From Candidatus Poribacteria bacterium (GTDB lineage Bacteria; Poribacteria; WGA-4E; WGA-3G), in the NCBI GenBank assembly GCA_963665235.2, contig CAXXLX010000001.1, positions 96,001-160,000 of the forward strand: a stretch of DNA of 64,000 nucleotides. The letters run 5' to 3'. Below, piece by piece: positions 48,062 to 58,147 of this stretch. The notes under the pieces are model-generated. The model made no database searches and had not been told where the DNA came from. It saw nothing but the letters and a program-made list of their open reading frames with translations. Position 1 is the first letter of the stretch. Each line of letters starts with the position of its first letter. Made by a program: the position numbers and the translations under genes.

Positions 48062-49513
48062 ATGCTTCCAATTAAAATTCTTGCTATCGGTGCGGGCGGT
48101 TTGCAACGCGCCTTAACTCACGAATTTGTTCATATTCTCAATCAACGGAATCTTTATAACGGCGGCATCTTTGTCGGGCAACCACGAGGGACCGAAAAAG
48201 CTGATGCCTTCAATCAACAGAATGGCGTATACCACGTTGTCACGTTTGACCTGGGCGGCGTTCAGGACATTCAACAGGTAGCAAGCGTTGTCGGCGCAAC
48301 TACGCTCACCACGGAGGCGGGCCGTGAAAAATTTTATGCACAGACTCAAAATCCGCTGGATCTTGTCCTTATCGGTGTAACAGAAGCGGGAATTGCTAAA
48401 GGTGAAGTGGCGATGGATGTGCTAGATGAAACCCTTTATCGCTATTTCCGCCATCACGGTGCGGATGCAACGCTCTGTGTTATCAATACGGATAATCTCC
48501 GCAATAACGGGGATGTTATCCGTGAGATGCTCTGCAACGCCTATCCGAGACGCAGCGATGGATATGCGGCGTGGCTGGAAACGAAGGTTGGGTTTCTCAA
48601 CGAAATGGGGGACCGACTTGTGCCGCAAGTCTACGCTGTACCTGAGGAGATTAAGGCGGCAGCCCAAGCACAGATTGAAGGTTCAGATGAATTGATTACT
48701 TACGCGGAGAAGTTGCCCGCAACACCGCTTATCTTAGAGGACCTTGACGACATGCTGCGCGTGCCTTTCGGTGAACTTCAGGATTACGGCGTTATTGTCA
48801 AACAGGAGAGCATTGAATCGTATCACGATTGGAAATTGCTCCTCGTCAATTCTGTTCACGTGCCGGGGATTACGCACAAGGGGATGCTCTCTGGTATTGA
48901 ATACGTTAACGAAGCGGCGGCACACCCGACGTTCGCACCACATCTGGAACGCCTGATGACCGGATACGCTGAAATTGTGGAGGCAGATATCCCAATAGCG
49001 AGGAAAAGTGCGCGGGCATACACGTTGGAATTTATAGACAGAATCCGCCGTGTCAAAGATGACAACGCCCGGATTAATATCATTGAAACGGTCAAACTCC
49101 GGGAACGCGCTGCTGATATCGTCCGCTCCCCTAACTATGCAGCAAGCACAGAGCTTTTCAAATCTGATTTTGCCTATTCCTTCGCAACGGTACTCCGATT
49201 TTTGACACCGCACACAATGCCTACCCCTGACGACTATCGAGGTATTACCGATACTAACGTGGAATACGAAATCCGAGACCCTAACCGCACAATACAGAAC
49301 GTGTTGAACGGGGCATTTGGGGCAAATGTAACGGATGTGGAAAACCGACTCGCGACTATTTTCTCGGACGCAACGTTATGGGCACCCCACGGCACGACAT
49401 CGGATAAAACCTTGAGTCAGAATGGAGATTTCAGCAGACGTGTTGCACAATATTATCATCAGTTGGTGAACGGGAAGACGTGTCTTGATGTTTTGGAAAC
49501 AATTAACCAATAG
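48062..49513 (+). CDS. Mannitol dehydrogenase family / tagaturonate reductase-like protein
   Basis: IGAGGLQRA, VTEAGI, NNG, NEMGDRLVP, KLLLVN..H. Confidence 0.65.
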   Translation: MLPIKILAIGAGGLQRALTHEFVHILNQRNLYNGGIFVGQPRGTEKADAFNQQNGVYHVVTFDLGGVQDIQQVASVVGATTLTTEAGREKFYAQTQNPLDLVLIGVTEAGIAKGEVAMDVLDETLYRYFRHHGADATLCVINTDNLRNNGDVIREMLCNAYPRRSDGYAAWLETKVGFLNEMGDRLVPQVYAVPEEIKAAAQAQIEGSDELITYAEKLPATPLILEDLDDMLRVPFGELQDYGVIVKQESIESYHDWKLLLVNSVHVPGITHKGMLSGIEYVNEAAAHPTFAPHLERLMTGYAEIVEADIPIARKSARAYTLEFIDRIRRVKDDNARINIIETVKLRERAADIVRSPNYAASTELFKSDFAYSFATVLRFLTPHTMPTPDDYRGITDTNVEYEIRDPNRTIQNVLNGAFGANVTDVENRLATIFSDATLWAPHGTTSDKTLSQNGDFSRRVAQYYHQLVNGKTCLDVLETINQ

Positions 49514-49876
49514 GTGACATGATGTATACCCCCATTTAGCGTTTAGGCAGCTCCCACCGTTTGTAGGTGACGAAGGTTCTCCATACGCGCATTCGGTGCC
49601 TACAAACGCCACACTCCCACACAGTGGCTGTAAATCTACCCCGATTCCGTAAAATAAACCTCACCCTTCAAAACACAATACCCTTAATCACAAAACCCTG
49701 AGTGTTACACACCTGATAATCCGCTTTCATCCGTAAAGTGGACAGTTTATCATCGCTTCAGATAATTTTCGCCTTCCATCCTTCCACGCCCCCTTTGGTT
49801 CTCTAAAATATTTATCCTCCTTTTCTTTTATATTGAAACATCCGAATTTAACTTTTCAACGCACATTGAAATTTTT

Positions 49877-49985
49877 TGTAACCTTTTTACCTGATTTCTT
49901 AACTTGCTATGTAGACACATAAAATGTGCAAAATTGGGAATGGTAAAAAGATGTAACCTTTTTACCCGATTTCTTAACTTGCTAT
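49877..49985 (+). promoter_or_regulatory. Two 34-bp direct repeats, putative ECF-sigma promoters
   Basis: TGTAACCTTTTTACCYGATTTCTTAACTTGCTAT at 49877 and 49952; TGTAAC is a typical ECF -35. Confidence 0.6.
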
Positions 49986-50116
49986 ATGATGAACGCATAG
50001 AACACATCTATCTATGCATTTCATGTGAGCATTAGTTCAATTGGGAGCAAAAGATATATCTTGTTTTCCAATTTTTACTCATAATTTGTTCTATATAGTC
50101 CAAGAATGATAAATCG

Positions 50117-50637
50117 GTGAACGCTAATATAAGTAAACGCGAAGCAGCACTTGTACTCTCCTATCGCGCGGGTGACACGACGGCATGGGATACCCTCTGT
50201 TTAGAATATGAAAAGCGACTTGCTCAATTTTTCTACAATGAGGGCATCCACAATCGCGAGGATGTAGAAGACCTCGTCCAGGATACGCTGCTTGAAGCGA
50301 TGGAGGCGAATTGCGATTACAGGAAACAGCTGGTGAACCTATACCTACGTATCAGCAACCTGCGCATATCGTGAGTACTGAAGAAAAGTTGGAGATTGTC
50401 GAACTTTTGATAGCGCAGCTTCCGGAAAAACAGCAGAAGGTCCTCTTGTTCAGTGCTAACGAAGTACCGCAAAAAAAGATTGCTGAGCAGTTAAACATCA
50501 CAAAAGGTAACGTTAAGGTTCTGTTGCATCGGGCTAGAGAAAGGCTGAAAAAGCAACTTGTAACCAGATACCCAGAGATGGCCGCCGAACTATTAAGCAG
50601 CGAAACAATTCAATCGCTACTACTTGAAAAAACGTGA
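50117..50637 (+). pseudogene. ECF sigma factor, split by an internal deletion/frameshift
   Basis: EDVEDLVQDTLL (region 2) and LP..QQ..IAEQL..VKVLLHRAR (region 4) lie in different frames. Confidence 0.8.
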
Positions 50638-50744
50638 TTTGTGTTGAATCGCAATGGTTCAACAAACCTAATACGTTTTCACCAAATCAATGCCGAATGT
50701 GCATAAGGGATTCGGCGAGGGTTTACTCCAAATAGAGGTTATAG

Positions 50745-50933
50745 ATGAACAGCGGTAAACTATCACAATTAAAGCAGGCCTCCGGTTACCGGAAGCTCTG
50801 CGCTGTAATCAGTGTGAGTCTCATTATTGCAATGATACTCATCGGAACCCTCAAAGTGGTCAATGGGAGCAGCAGCACGGATGGCTGTCCGCCCTGCTAT
50901 CCCACTATCCCACCTTGTACTTTAACACGTTGA
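50745..50933 (+). CDS. Small secreted Cys/Pro-rich peptide precursor
   Basis: GAGG RBS, hydrophobic helix, tail GCPPCYPTIPPC. Confidence 0.55.
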   Translation: MNSGKLSQLKQASGYRKLCAVISVSLIIAMILIGTLKVVNGSSSTDGCPPCYPTIPPCTLTR

Positions 50934-50969
50934 TATTTATCCTTAATACTTAATAGGAGGAAAAACCTC

Positions 50970-51560
50970 ATGAAACGAACACTGTATTGGGGACTAGCTA
51001 TCCTCATTTTACTACTCATAACCGCCGGTGTTTTCCTGCTGACACAGCGGAACACCGACACAAAACCGAACGTTGTTTTTGAACCGCCATCCGATAAAGT
51101 CATCCAACAGATTCGGGATGGCATTGCAGAGCGGAACGCACAGGACGTGGTCAAACCTCCACCTCCTGGCAAAACCTTCGAGGGGGGCGGACATTGGCAC
51201 GGCGACGTATGGCACGACGCGCCACATACGCCTTCTGATTTACAACCTATTCCATCGGTCGATGGGCCTGTAAAAGCAAACGCCGATTCGATGTCAGACC
51301 CTTCAACGAAATTAACACATTGGCTGCGTCAATATAAAAAATGGGCGCGTGAGTATGAGAAGGCGCATGATGAATGGGTGAAAGCAGTAGAGGCATCTAA
51401 TAACTATCTTAAAGGGAAATGGACTCCGGAGTATCTTACCAATCTGAGCGATACAGAAAAAGAGCAAGTCGCAGCGAAGATATTGGAATTACATGAAGCG
51501 TGTCTGACTGCCAACAACAAGTTAGATGTGCTATCCAAAGAGAGGCTATCGTTTAAATAA
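50970..51560 (+). CDS. Membrane-anchored protein with HWHGDVWH motif
   Basis: AGGAGG RBS, N-terminal TM, helical C-terminus. Confidence 0.8.
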   Translation: MKRTLYWGLAILILLLITAGVFLLTQRNTDTKPNVVFEPPSDKVIQQIRDGIAERNAQDVVKPPPPGKTFEGGGHWHGDVWHDAPHTPSDLQPIPSVDGPVKANADSMSDPSTKLTHWLRQYKKWAREYEKAHDEWVKAVEASNNYLKGKWTPEYLTNLSDTEKEQVAAKILELHEACLTANNKLDVLSKERLSFK

Positions 51561-51589
51561 TCTGCAACTATAAGAAAGGATGGTGGCTT

Positions 51590-52393
51590 ATGGAAAAAGC
51601 ACTTTTGATTTTCAGTATACTTTTCGGAATCATCGGTTTACAGGTATCGACCCAAGCCGTTGATTATGAAAACTTTGTATTTAAGGGAACGGAATGCTAT
51701 ACAGAAAGGCAGGATGAAGAACAAGCGGAGGCAGCGTATGAATCCGCTCGCCAGAAGGTTATGAAACTCATAGTAAAGCGAAAAACCTTACAGTTCAAGA
51801 TGGTATTCGGAGGGTTACGCGGCACCGGAAAAACGATGCAACAACTCCAACAAACAGAAGAGGATTTGGATGCTGCGGAACGGGACGCTCTTAATAAATA
51901 TTCTGATTGGCAGGATGCAGAGGAAAGATTGATAAACTGTATAGACAGTTTATTATGTGGGGGTGGCTGTGGCTCCAGGACAGATCATTTGTCACCCTCT
52001 TGTAGCACATGTGATGCTACAAATTTCTATTCTTGTCAGCACAGATGCCCTGGCATTCCAACCTGTGACAGATCTGGTTGTAATGCACAACTCGATTTTA
52101 ATGTGACTCGCGCATTACACACACAAGTTCGTTGCTCAGGTTGTAAGAATCTTTATTGGCGTTGTGATATGCATGCTGTGGAGATTCATCGCCCCCGTAC
52201 CTGCTTAAGGATAGTTAATGAGTATTCTTTGAGTTCTTCTGACAGATATATCTGCGGTGCGTCTTACCGAGACTGTATAAATTATCGATTATCCTGTGCA
52301 AGCTTCGCCGGCAGACACAACGATTTCGGTGCAGGAAATGGGGCTTGTCCTCTCTGCAATGGCCCTGGCTGCTCCGCGTGTGAGAACCCATAG
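51590..52393 (+). CDS. Secreted Cys-rich protein
   Basis: Signal peptide, coiled N-terminal half, 21 Cys with several CxxC. Confidence 0.8.
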   Translation: MEKALLIFSILFGIIGLQVSTQAVDYENFVFKGTECYTERQDEEQAEAAYESARQKVMKLIVKRKTLQFKMVFGGLRGTGKTMQQLQQTEEDLDAAERDALNKYSDWQDAEERLINCIDSLLCGGGCGSRTDHLSPSCSTCDATNFYSCQHRCPGIPTCDRSGCNAQLDFNVTRALHTQVRCSGCKNLYWRCDMHAVEIHRPRTCLRIVNEYSLSSSDRYICGASYRDCINYRLSCASFAGRHNDFGAGNGACPLCNGPGCSACENP

Positions 52394-52819
52394 TCATCCA
52401 CCATGGGCAGGTAACTCTCAAGTTACCTGCCTCTTCTTTTCATTTGTTCCCACTGCCGCCCTTGATAGCCCCTTCTGCTATATATCAAAAGAGATGCAGC
52501 GACGTGACAGAACACAGTCCCCGCAGGAGAAAGACCCTCCACTCTCTCAAGAGTGCCTGCTTACCTCTCTGATTCTGATAGGCGCAACCCTCTTCAATCC
52601 AATGTTTCCAAAACTCCGCAAAATTCGCGGAAGTTCCTTTTTTTTCTGACATTTTCTCGCGTTTTCTGCTATAATGAAAGCGTTACGATGAAACAATGCC
52701 CCTGTCACTATGGATACTCATAAACTTACATGACGACTGCGTTGTAAGGTATCCACTTTTTAAACATAAGGTGCTTTATCACTAAACCAACAGCCGGTCA
52801 AGTGGTAAGGAGAAGGAAA

Positions 52820-53269
52820 ATGAGAAAAAAGATGTTTAGAGGTTGGACTATTCTGATTTTTTTAGTAGGTATTGCTTGCGTTTTTCTGTTCACACGGCAG
52901 CACACCGAGACGGAACCAGAAGTTCTTACTCCCCCGGTGCCCCGCTCGGAGGTCATCCCACAGTCAAGCGATGGGCCTGTAAAAGCAAACGCCGATTCGA
53001 TGTCAGACCCTCCAGCGAAATTAGAGCATTGGCTGCGTCAATACAAAAAATGGGCGCGTGAATATGAGAAGGCGCATGATGAATGGGTGAAAGCAGTAGA
53101 GGCATCCAATAACTATCTTAAAGGGAAATGGACTCCGGAGTATCTTAACAGTCTGAGCGATACAGAAAAACAGCAAGTCGCAGCGAAGATATTGGAGTTG
53201 CATGAAACGTGTCTGACTACCAGCAAAAAGTTAGATGCGTTATCTGAAGAGAGGCCATCCTTCAAATAA
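52820..53269 (+). CDS. Paralogue of 50970-51560 lacking the His-Trp motif
   Basis: 52969-53269 is nearly identical to 51260-51560. Confidence 0.8.
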   Translation: MRKKMFRGWTILIFLVGIACVFLFTRQHTETEPEVLTPPVPRSEVIPQSSDGPVKANADSMSDPPAKLEHWLRQYKKWAREYEKAHDEWVKAVEASNNYLKGKWTPEYLNSLSDTEKQQVAAKILELHETCLTTSKKLDALSEERPSFK

Positions 53270-53311
53270 TCCCTCTTACCGTTCCATTTTTTCAGGAGGG
53301 GTAAGAGGGAT
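53268..53311. terminator. Hairpin between convergent genes
   Basis: ATCCCTCTTACC / GGTAAGAGGGAT. Confidence 0.6.
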
Positions 53312-53347
53312 TTGGACAGTTGTTTCTTCTAATTTGCACGGGACGGT

Positions 53348-54301
53348 CTAATCGACAAGAGAGATAACCCCTTTTTTCCGTTGCAGCACAGCATCATAAA
53401 ATCGCATCGTGCCGATGCAATCCTGAATACTGGCAATCGGTTCGCGTTCTTCACGAATTGCGTTCGCAAACTCGGTGAGGCTAATACCATCCCCTGTCAA
53501 TTCGCCGTTCCGCTCATCGGAAAAGTTAGAGGTGAACGTGTTGCCACCACCCGTATAGTGTTTAGCACCCCACAGCCCATCTAGGACGATATACTCATGC
53601 TGTCCAGTAATTTCAATATAGTCGTAGTTGCGCCGCCATAAACGTTGGCTGCTTAGCTGTAAAGTTCCCACTGCGCCGTTGGTATACTCAACAGCGACAG
53701 CAAATGAACCTTGATTATCGACCTCGTTGTGGAAGATGCTGAGTTCTTTCACATCCGCCCCGGCGATGTGTCGCGCCAGATCGAAGTGGTGGATAGCAAA
53801 ATCGAGCAGATAGTGTTGCACTGACCCATACGGCCCACTACAGAATGAACAGAAAAGTTGTGTGAGTTGTCCGAAGGAGTCGGTCTGCATGATTCGCCGT
53901 GCCTCACGCACCCCTAAGCTAAACCGTCGTTGGAAGTTGACCATCAATGTTTTGCCGTGCTTTTCAGCAGCTTCGGCCAAAGCGAGCGTTTCATCGAGGG
54001 AGGGAGCAGGCGGTTTCGGTACGAAGACGTGATACCCCGCCTCAAGCGTTTCGAGCACGAGCGGTTGCCTCGGAGCGGGCCCATACAGATAATAATCGGC
54101 TTCCAGGTCCTCGTTCTCAAACATGTCGTGTCGGTCGGTGTAGTACCGGCCTGTCCCAAATTTCCCCGCAGCATCTTTTGCCCGATTTTCGTCTGCATCG
54201 CAAACAGCCTGCAATGCTACGGGTGCCAGGTGTAAGGCGGGATAGATAGTGTGCCTAGCGAAGCCGCCGGCACCCAGAAATCCGATTCGAAGAGGTTCCA
54301 T
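53348..54301 (-). CDS. Gfo/Idh/MocA family oxidoreductase
   Basis: GFLGAGG, PKPPA, NFQRRF, DFAIHHFD. Confidence 0.88.
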   Translation of the reverse strand: MEPLRIGFLGAGGFARHTIYPALHLAPVALQAVCDADENRAKDAAGKFGTGRYYTDRHDMFENEDLEADYYLYGPAPRQPLVLETLEAGYHVFVPKPPAPSLDETLALAEAAEKHGKTLMVNFQRRFSLGVREARRIMQTDSFGQLTQLFCSFCSGPYGSVQHYLLDFAIHHFDLARHIAGADVKELSIFHNEVDNQGSFAVAVEYTNGAVGTLQLSSQRLWRRNYDYIEITGQHEYIVLDGLWGAKHYTGGGNTFTSNFSDERNGELTGDGISLTEFANAIREEREPIASIQDCIGTMRFYDAVLQRKKGVISLVD

Positions 54302-54427
54302 ATTTCTCCTTTGCACGCGTGTAAAGCGCGTCGTTGTATATTGGAAAACTAAAATGATATGGACAACAATTTATAGATTTTTAAAATTTAGCACAGCTGC
54401 GGTTTTCTGTAAAGAGAAATTGTGATG

Positions 54428-54504
54428 GGGAAGATTGGAAGATTGGAAGGGTGGAAGAATAGAAGGGTGGAAGGGTGGAAGAGGGGAAGAATGGAAGAGG
54501 GGAA
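54428..54504 (+). repeat. Purine-rich GGAAGNNN 8-mer tract
   Basis: About 9 degenerate units. Confidence 0.8.
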
Positions 54505-54505
54505 T

Positions 54506-55315
54506 TTAGACTGAAATAGCGTTAATTTTCTCTTGCAAAAACGCTGTGCAATAGGGCACTTGTGCTTCCGAAAGTCCGTGCAGAATTACCGCGCCCTCGT
54601 AGCCGCTCCGGTTAAGTAAACCGATGTACTGCTCGTAATCCAACAAGCCTGTGCCTGCGGCGAGGTGTCCCGCTTGACCGTCCCTGTCCAAATCTTTCGC
54701 GTGTGCCAGCACGATGTCTTCAGCAAGCAGGTCAAATGCCTCGTTAAGGATTTCGCGCATTTTTGGCAGCTCTCCCTTATGAAAGATATTCGCTCCATCC
54801 ATGACAATCTTCAGATAGGGGGATTGCATTTCGTCAAGTAGTCGCCGCGCTTTCTGCGCGGAATCGATGACGTTTGAGACCTCCGGTTCAAGCGCGAGCG
54901 TGATACCGTACTTTTCAGCTATCTGTAGTGCTTGTGCCATAGACTCAACCAGATCACGCCATGCGGATGCTGAGTTGTTATCTGGATGGGCACGCCACAT
55001 ATTGTGCGGGTCGCGAGAGCCGGTGCAGAGTGTAATAATCGATGTGCCGAGGGGCTCGCATTGCGCAGCGACGAACTGCAACATCTCTAAACCCGCATGA
55101 CGTTTGGCAACATCGGGGTCAATCATGTTGTATGTGCCTGATATTGCTGATATCGTTATCTGTCGTGCATCCAGCTCCTTGCGAATTTCTGAAGATGGAG
55201 AGGTAGAAGTAGACACATGATATTGCAAATAGTGGACCCCGTGCTTTATAACGGCATCGAGGCTTTCGGTGAGTGTGGGGCGGCGTATTGTGCCCTCCAT
55301 GAGTCCGACGTGCAT
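54506..55315 (-). CDS. Sugar phosphate isomerase/epimerase (xylose isomerase-like TIM barrel)
   Basis: LALEPE, MDGAN, AHAKD. Confidence 0.85.
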   Translation of the reverse strand: MHVGLMEGTIRRPTLTESLDAVIKHGVHYLQYHVSTSTSPSSEIRKELDARQITISAISGTYNMIDPDVAKRHAGLEMLQFVAAQCEPLGTSIITLCTGSRDPHNMWRAHPDNNSASAWRDLVESMAQALQIAEKYGITLALEPEVSNVIDSAQKARRLLDEMQSPYLKIVMDGANIFHKGELPKMREILNEAFDLLAEDIVLAHAKDLDRDGQAGHLAAGTGLLDYEQYIGLLNRSGYEGAVILHGLSEAQVPYCTAFLQEKINAISV

Positions 55316-55337
55316 GGGTTGCTCCTGTTAATTGGAT

Positions 55338-56042
55338 TTATGAATCTTCTCGGTTAATTCGAGGTGCGTCAGTGGTGTTTTGCTCGGAATGGAAACGACA
55401 GATTGAATCTGCAAGGCGACTTCCCGCGCCAACTAACCGTGCTAAAACGCCAATCTGTTCCCGGCAAACTACGTTGTCAGTCGGTTCAGGATAATTGACT
55501 AGGTGATCAATTTCAGCCCAAACCTCCTCAAAAAGGGTTCTGACCTGAATTTCGCAAGAAACGGGCGAATCTTCTCTGGGCTTAATGACGTAGTGAACGC
55601 TGGTATACAAACTCTCCTTCACGTCAGGGTTCAAGCCTTGATTTTCAAAGAAACCGTGTGATTCCGGATCCCAAGTATAGGCTTTCGGTTCTTCATACAG
55701 CATCCAGTCTCGGCTATCCAATTTTTGGTTTATTGCCCGGTGGATATGTATGAATTGGGCCTGATATAGGTGAAGCACTCGAACCCCGGCGATGTCGGTT
55801 ATCCGGTCGAAAATATTTTCTGGCGTGATCGGGTCTTCAGTTGGCGATTTACGTTGTATTTTTTCGCGAAGGTGCTCCAAATCCTTCAGTCGACTTTTGA
55901 CCGAGTGAACGACTTGTGGCGATTGGGTTAGGTCCGGATGTGTCTCAAAAAAGCGAACTGTGTTTTCGCGGAAGAGATCTATATTGTGGTGTTCACTTTG
56001 CACTCGCGCTATAATAGCGTTCATACTTGCTTCATCAACCAT
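55338..56042 (-). CDS. RelA/SpoT small alarmone synthetase domain protein
   Basis: SRLKD, DIAGVRV, YTSVHY, EIQVRT...WAEIDH; start at 56042 with GGAGG RBS overlapping the ParA stop. Confidence 0.88.
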   Translation of the reverse strand: MVDEASMNAIIARVQSEHHNIDLFRENTVRFFETHPDLTQSPQVVHSVKSRLKDLEHLREKIQRKSPTEDPITPENIFDRITDIAGVRVLHLYQAQFIHIHRAINQKLDSRDWMLYEEPKAYTWDPESHGFFENQGLNPDVKESLYTSVHYVIKPREDSPVSCEIQVRTLFEEVWAEIDHLVNYPEPTDNVVCREQIGVLARLVGAGSRLADSICRFHSEQNTTDAPRINREDS

Positions 56043-57147
56043 TATTGGCCTCCAATCGGTCAAGACGCGTTAAGAGCTCCTTGGCAAAGATGTGGAAACC
56101 TTTTTGAGTGTCTTCATATCTTTGGCTATTACCTGCAATAGTGCTCTTGTCACTTGCCTCTAGGTTTTTACAACTTGGGACTTTCCACATCGGTGTTCTG
56201 TATTTTTGAGACATATTCGGAAGGGTTGCGTAGGAGTGCATAATGGCCGTTCCACCAACGGGGTCTTCTAATTGTGTTTCAGTTAGGTGTTTCCTGTGGT
56301 CAGCATCAATATACTCCCGAATTGTAGCGGGAATCTGTTGAGCGTAGTTGTGATGTGCCCTGGATAAATTCCATTCCCCCGATCCGGAATATCTCCTAGC
56401 ATTGAAAATTGTGAACCCCAAAAAACTGACGAAATTCTTGGGGAAATGGGTTAACTTCGCATCGGAGAGTAGCGTAAAAATCGTATCAAAATCCCGTTTC
56501 CAACCTTTAAGGGATTTGCCGATATTCTCTATACCGTAAAGGGAAAACATATCTGGCATACACGGAATGAGAAACCCATCTACAGTGGATATGATGACTT
56601 TATTGAGTATTCCGAGACTTGGTGATGTATCGATCACAACATAGTCGTAGGCGTAATTTTCTGCGTAGGTTTTGAAAAAATTTCGGATTTGTGTGACAGT
56701 CCGGATTGCTAGCGGGTCTCCACCATAAACATCTGTCCATCGACTCGCGATTTTGTCTTCGTAAGTATGTATGGAGAGTCTGCCCGGAATCATTCCAAGG
56801 TTGTCGTGTAGAGATAGCGGTTTTGCAAAGGATTTCAGCGCGTCTGTTCCATCTTCGGTTGGTTTAAAAAGAAAGTGGATGGAACGGACATCACCGGCAA
56901 TAGCCTCAAATTCACCCTGAGATTTCTGTTCACGCGCTGCAGCAAAGTCATCTATAAATGCCTCTTCGGTCTGCCAAACGTTATGTAGTTCTTCCGGGGC
57001 TAAGCCAAATAGGGTTAGATTCGATTGCGGGTCTAAATCGAGAAGAAGGGTTTTATAGCCCAACTCGGCGAGGGCGTATCCAAGGTGGTAGGTCAAGGTT
57101 GTTTTGCCGACACCGCCTTTATTGTTGAATACAGCGATTGATTTCAT
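56035..57147 (-). CDS. ParA/Soj family ATPase
   Basis: KGGVGKTT, DLDPQSNLT, IDTSPSLG. Confidence 0.9.
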   Translation of the reverse strand: MKSIAVFNNKGGVGKTTLTYHLGYALAELGYKTLLLDLDPQSNLTLFGLAPEELHNVWQTEEAFIDDFAAAREQKSQGEFEAIAGDVRSIHFLFKPTEDGTDALKSFAKPLSLHDNLGMIPGRLSIHTYEDKIASRWTDVYGGDPLAIRTVTQIRNFFKTYAENYAYDYVVIDTSPSLGILNKVIISTVDGFLIPCMPDMFSLYGIENIGKSLKGWKRDFDTIFTLLSDAKLTHFPKNFVSFLGFTIFNARRYSGSGEWNLSRAHHNYAQQIPATIREYIDADHRKHLTETQLEDPVGGTAIMHSYATLPNMSQKYRTPMWKVPSCKNLEASDKSTIAGNSQRYEDTQKGFHIFAKELLTRLDRLEANNG

Positions 57148-57372
57148 GTTATATCTCCTTTATTTATGAACTTACCTTCGATTTTAGCACATTTGGTGGG
57201 TTTTGTCAAAGGGCAAAAAATCCGAAACACGGTTGCGTAAATCTATTGAATATGCCATAATATATACAGTCTATCATGAAATTCTAAATTTCACGCTAAT
57301 CGTCTTTTTATATGTTAACAACTTTTCGGCAGGGGTCGCCGGATTTCTGCTAAAAAACATGGAAGGAACACT

Positions 57373-58143
57373 ATGTCAAGAGTACCGATTGGGTTAGAGT
57401 TATATTCTGTTCGAAATGAGTTGGCAGCGGATGCCCGCGCTACGATAAAAGCGGTCGCGGAGATGGGATATGAAGGTGTTGAATTCGCCGGTCCCCCACA
57501 ACATTCGGCGCAAGAGTTAAAGGGTTATCTCGACGAGTTTGGTCTGGTCTGCTGCGGTTGGCACACGCCGTTCAATCTCGTCCAAGAAGACAGGCTTGCC
57601 GAAACGATTGAATTTAATAAGGTTTTGGAAAACCGTTATATCATCGTTCCGGGTATACCGGGGGAGCTGCGTCAGTCTCGTGCGGATTGGTTGAAGTTAG
57701 CGGATTTCTTCAATGGGGTTGCCGATGAACTCGCCGCACACGATATGGTGACCGGGTATCATAATCATCATATTGAATTTACCCCGCTGGATGGTGAACA
57801 GCCGTGGGATACCTTCTTCGGCAACACAAACGAAGGGGTTGTGATGCAGCTGGATATGGGCAATGCACTCAATGGGGGTGCCGAGCTTGTCGGTATTTTA
57901 GAGCGATACCCGGGCCGCGCGGGAACGGTCCATCTCAAACCTTATACCATATCGGACGCGGCTGGGCACAACGGGTTTCGTCCTATTATCGGTGAGGATA
58001 GCGTGCCATGGGCGGAGATTTTTCGAGTCTGTGAAACGACAGGTGGTACGAAATGGTATATTGTTGAATATGAGAGCGATGCCTTTCCGCCGCTTGAGGC
58101 CGTGGAACGTTGTTTAAAAGCACTAAAGGCGATGGGGAAGTAA
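57373..58143 (+). CDS. Sugar phosphate isomerase/epimerase
   Basis: LYSVR, GYEGVEFAG, GYHNH, HLK. Confidence 0.85.
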   Translation: MSRVPIGLELYSVRNELAADARATIKAVAEMGYEGVEFAGPPQHSAQELKGYLDEFGLVCCGWHTPFNLVQEDRLAETIEFNKVLENRYIIVPGIPGELRQSRADWLKLADFFNGVADELAAHDMVTGYHNHHIEFTPLDGEQPWDTFFGNTNEGVVMQLDMGNALNGGAELVGILERYPGRAGTVHLKPYTISDAAGHNGFRPIIGEDSVPWAEIFRVCETTGGTKWYIVEYESDAFPPLEAVERCLKALKAMGK

Positions 58144-58147
58144 ACAC

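Noticed and set aside
56035-57147. Plasmid or chromosome partition locus
   Set aside because: No parB, parS-like repeats or replication genes nearby
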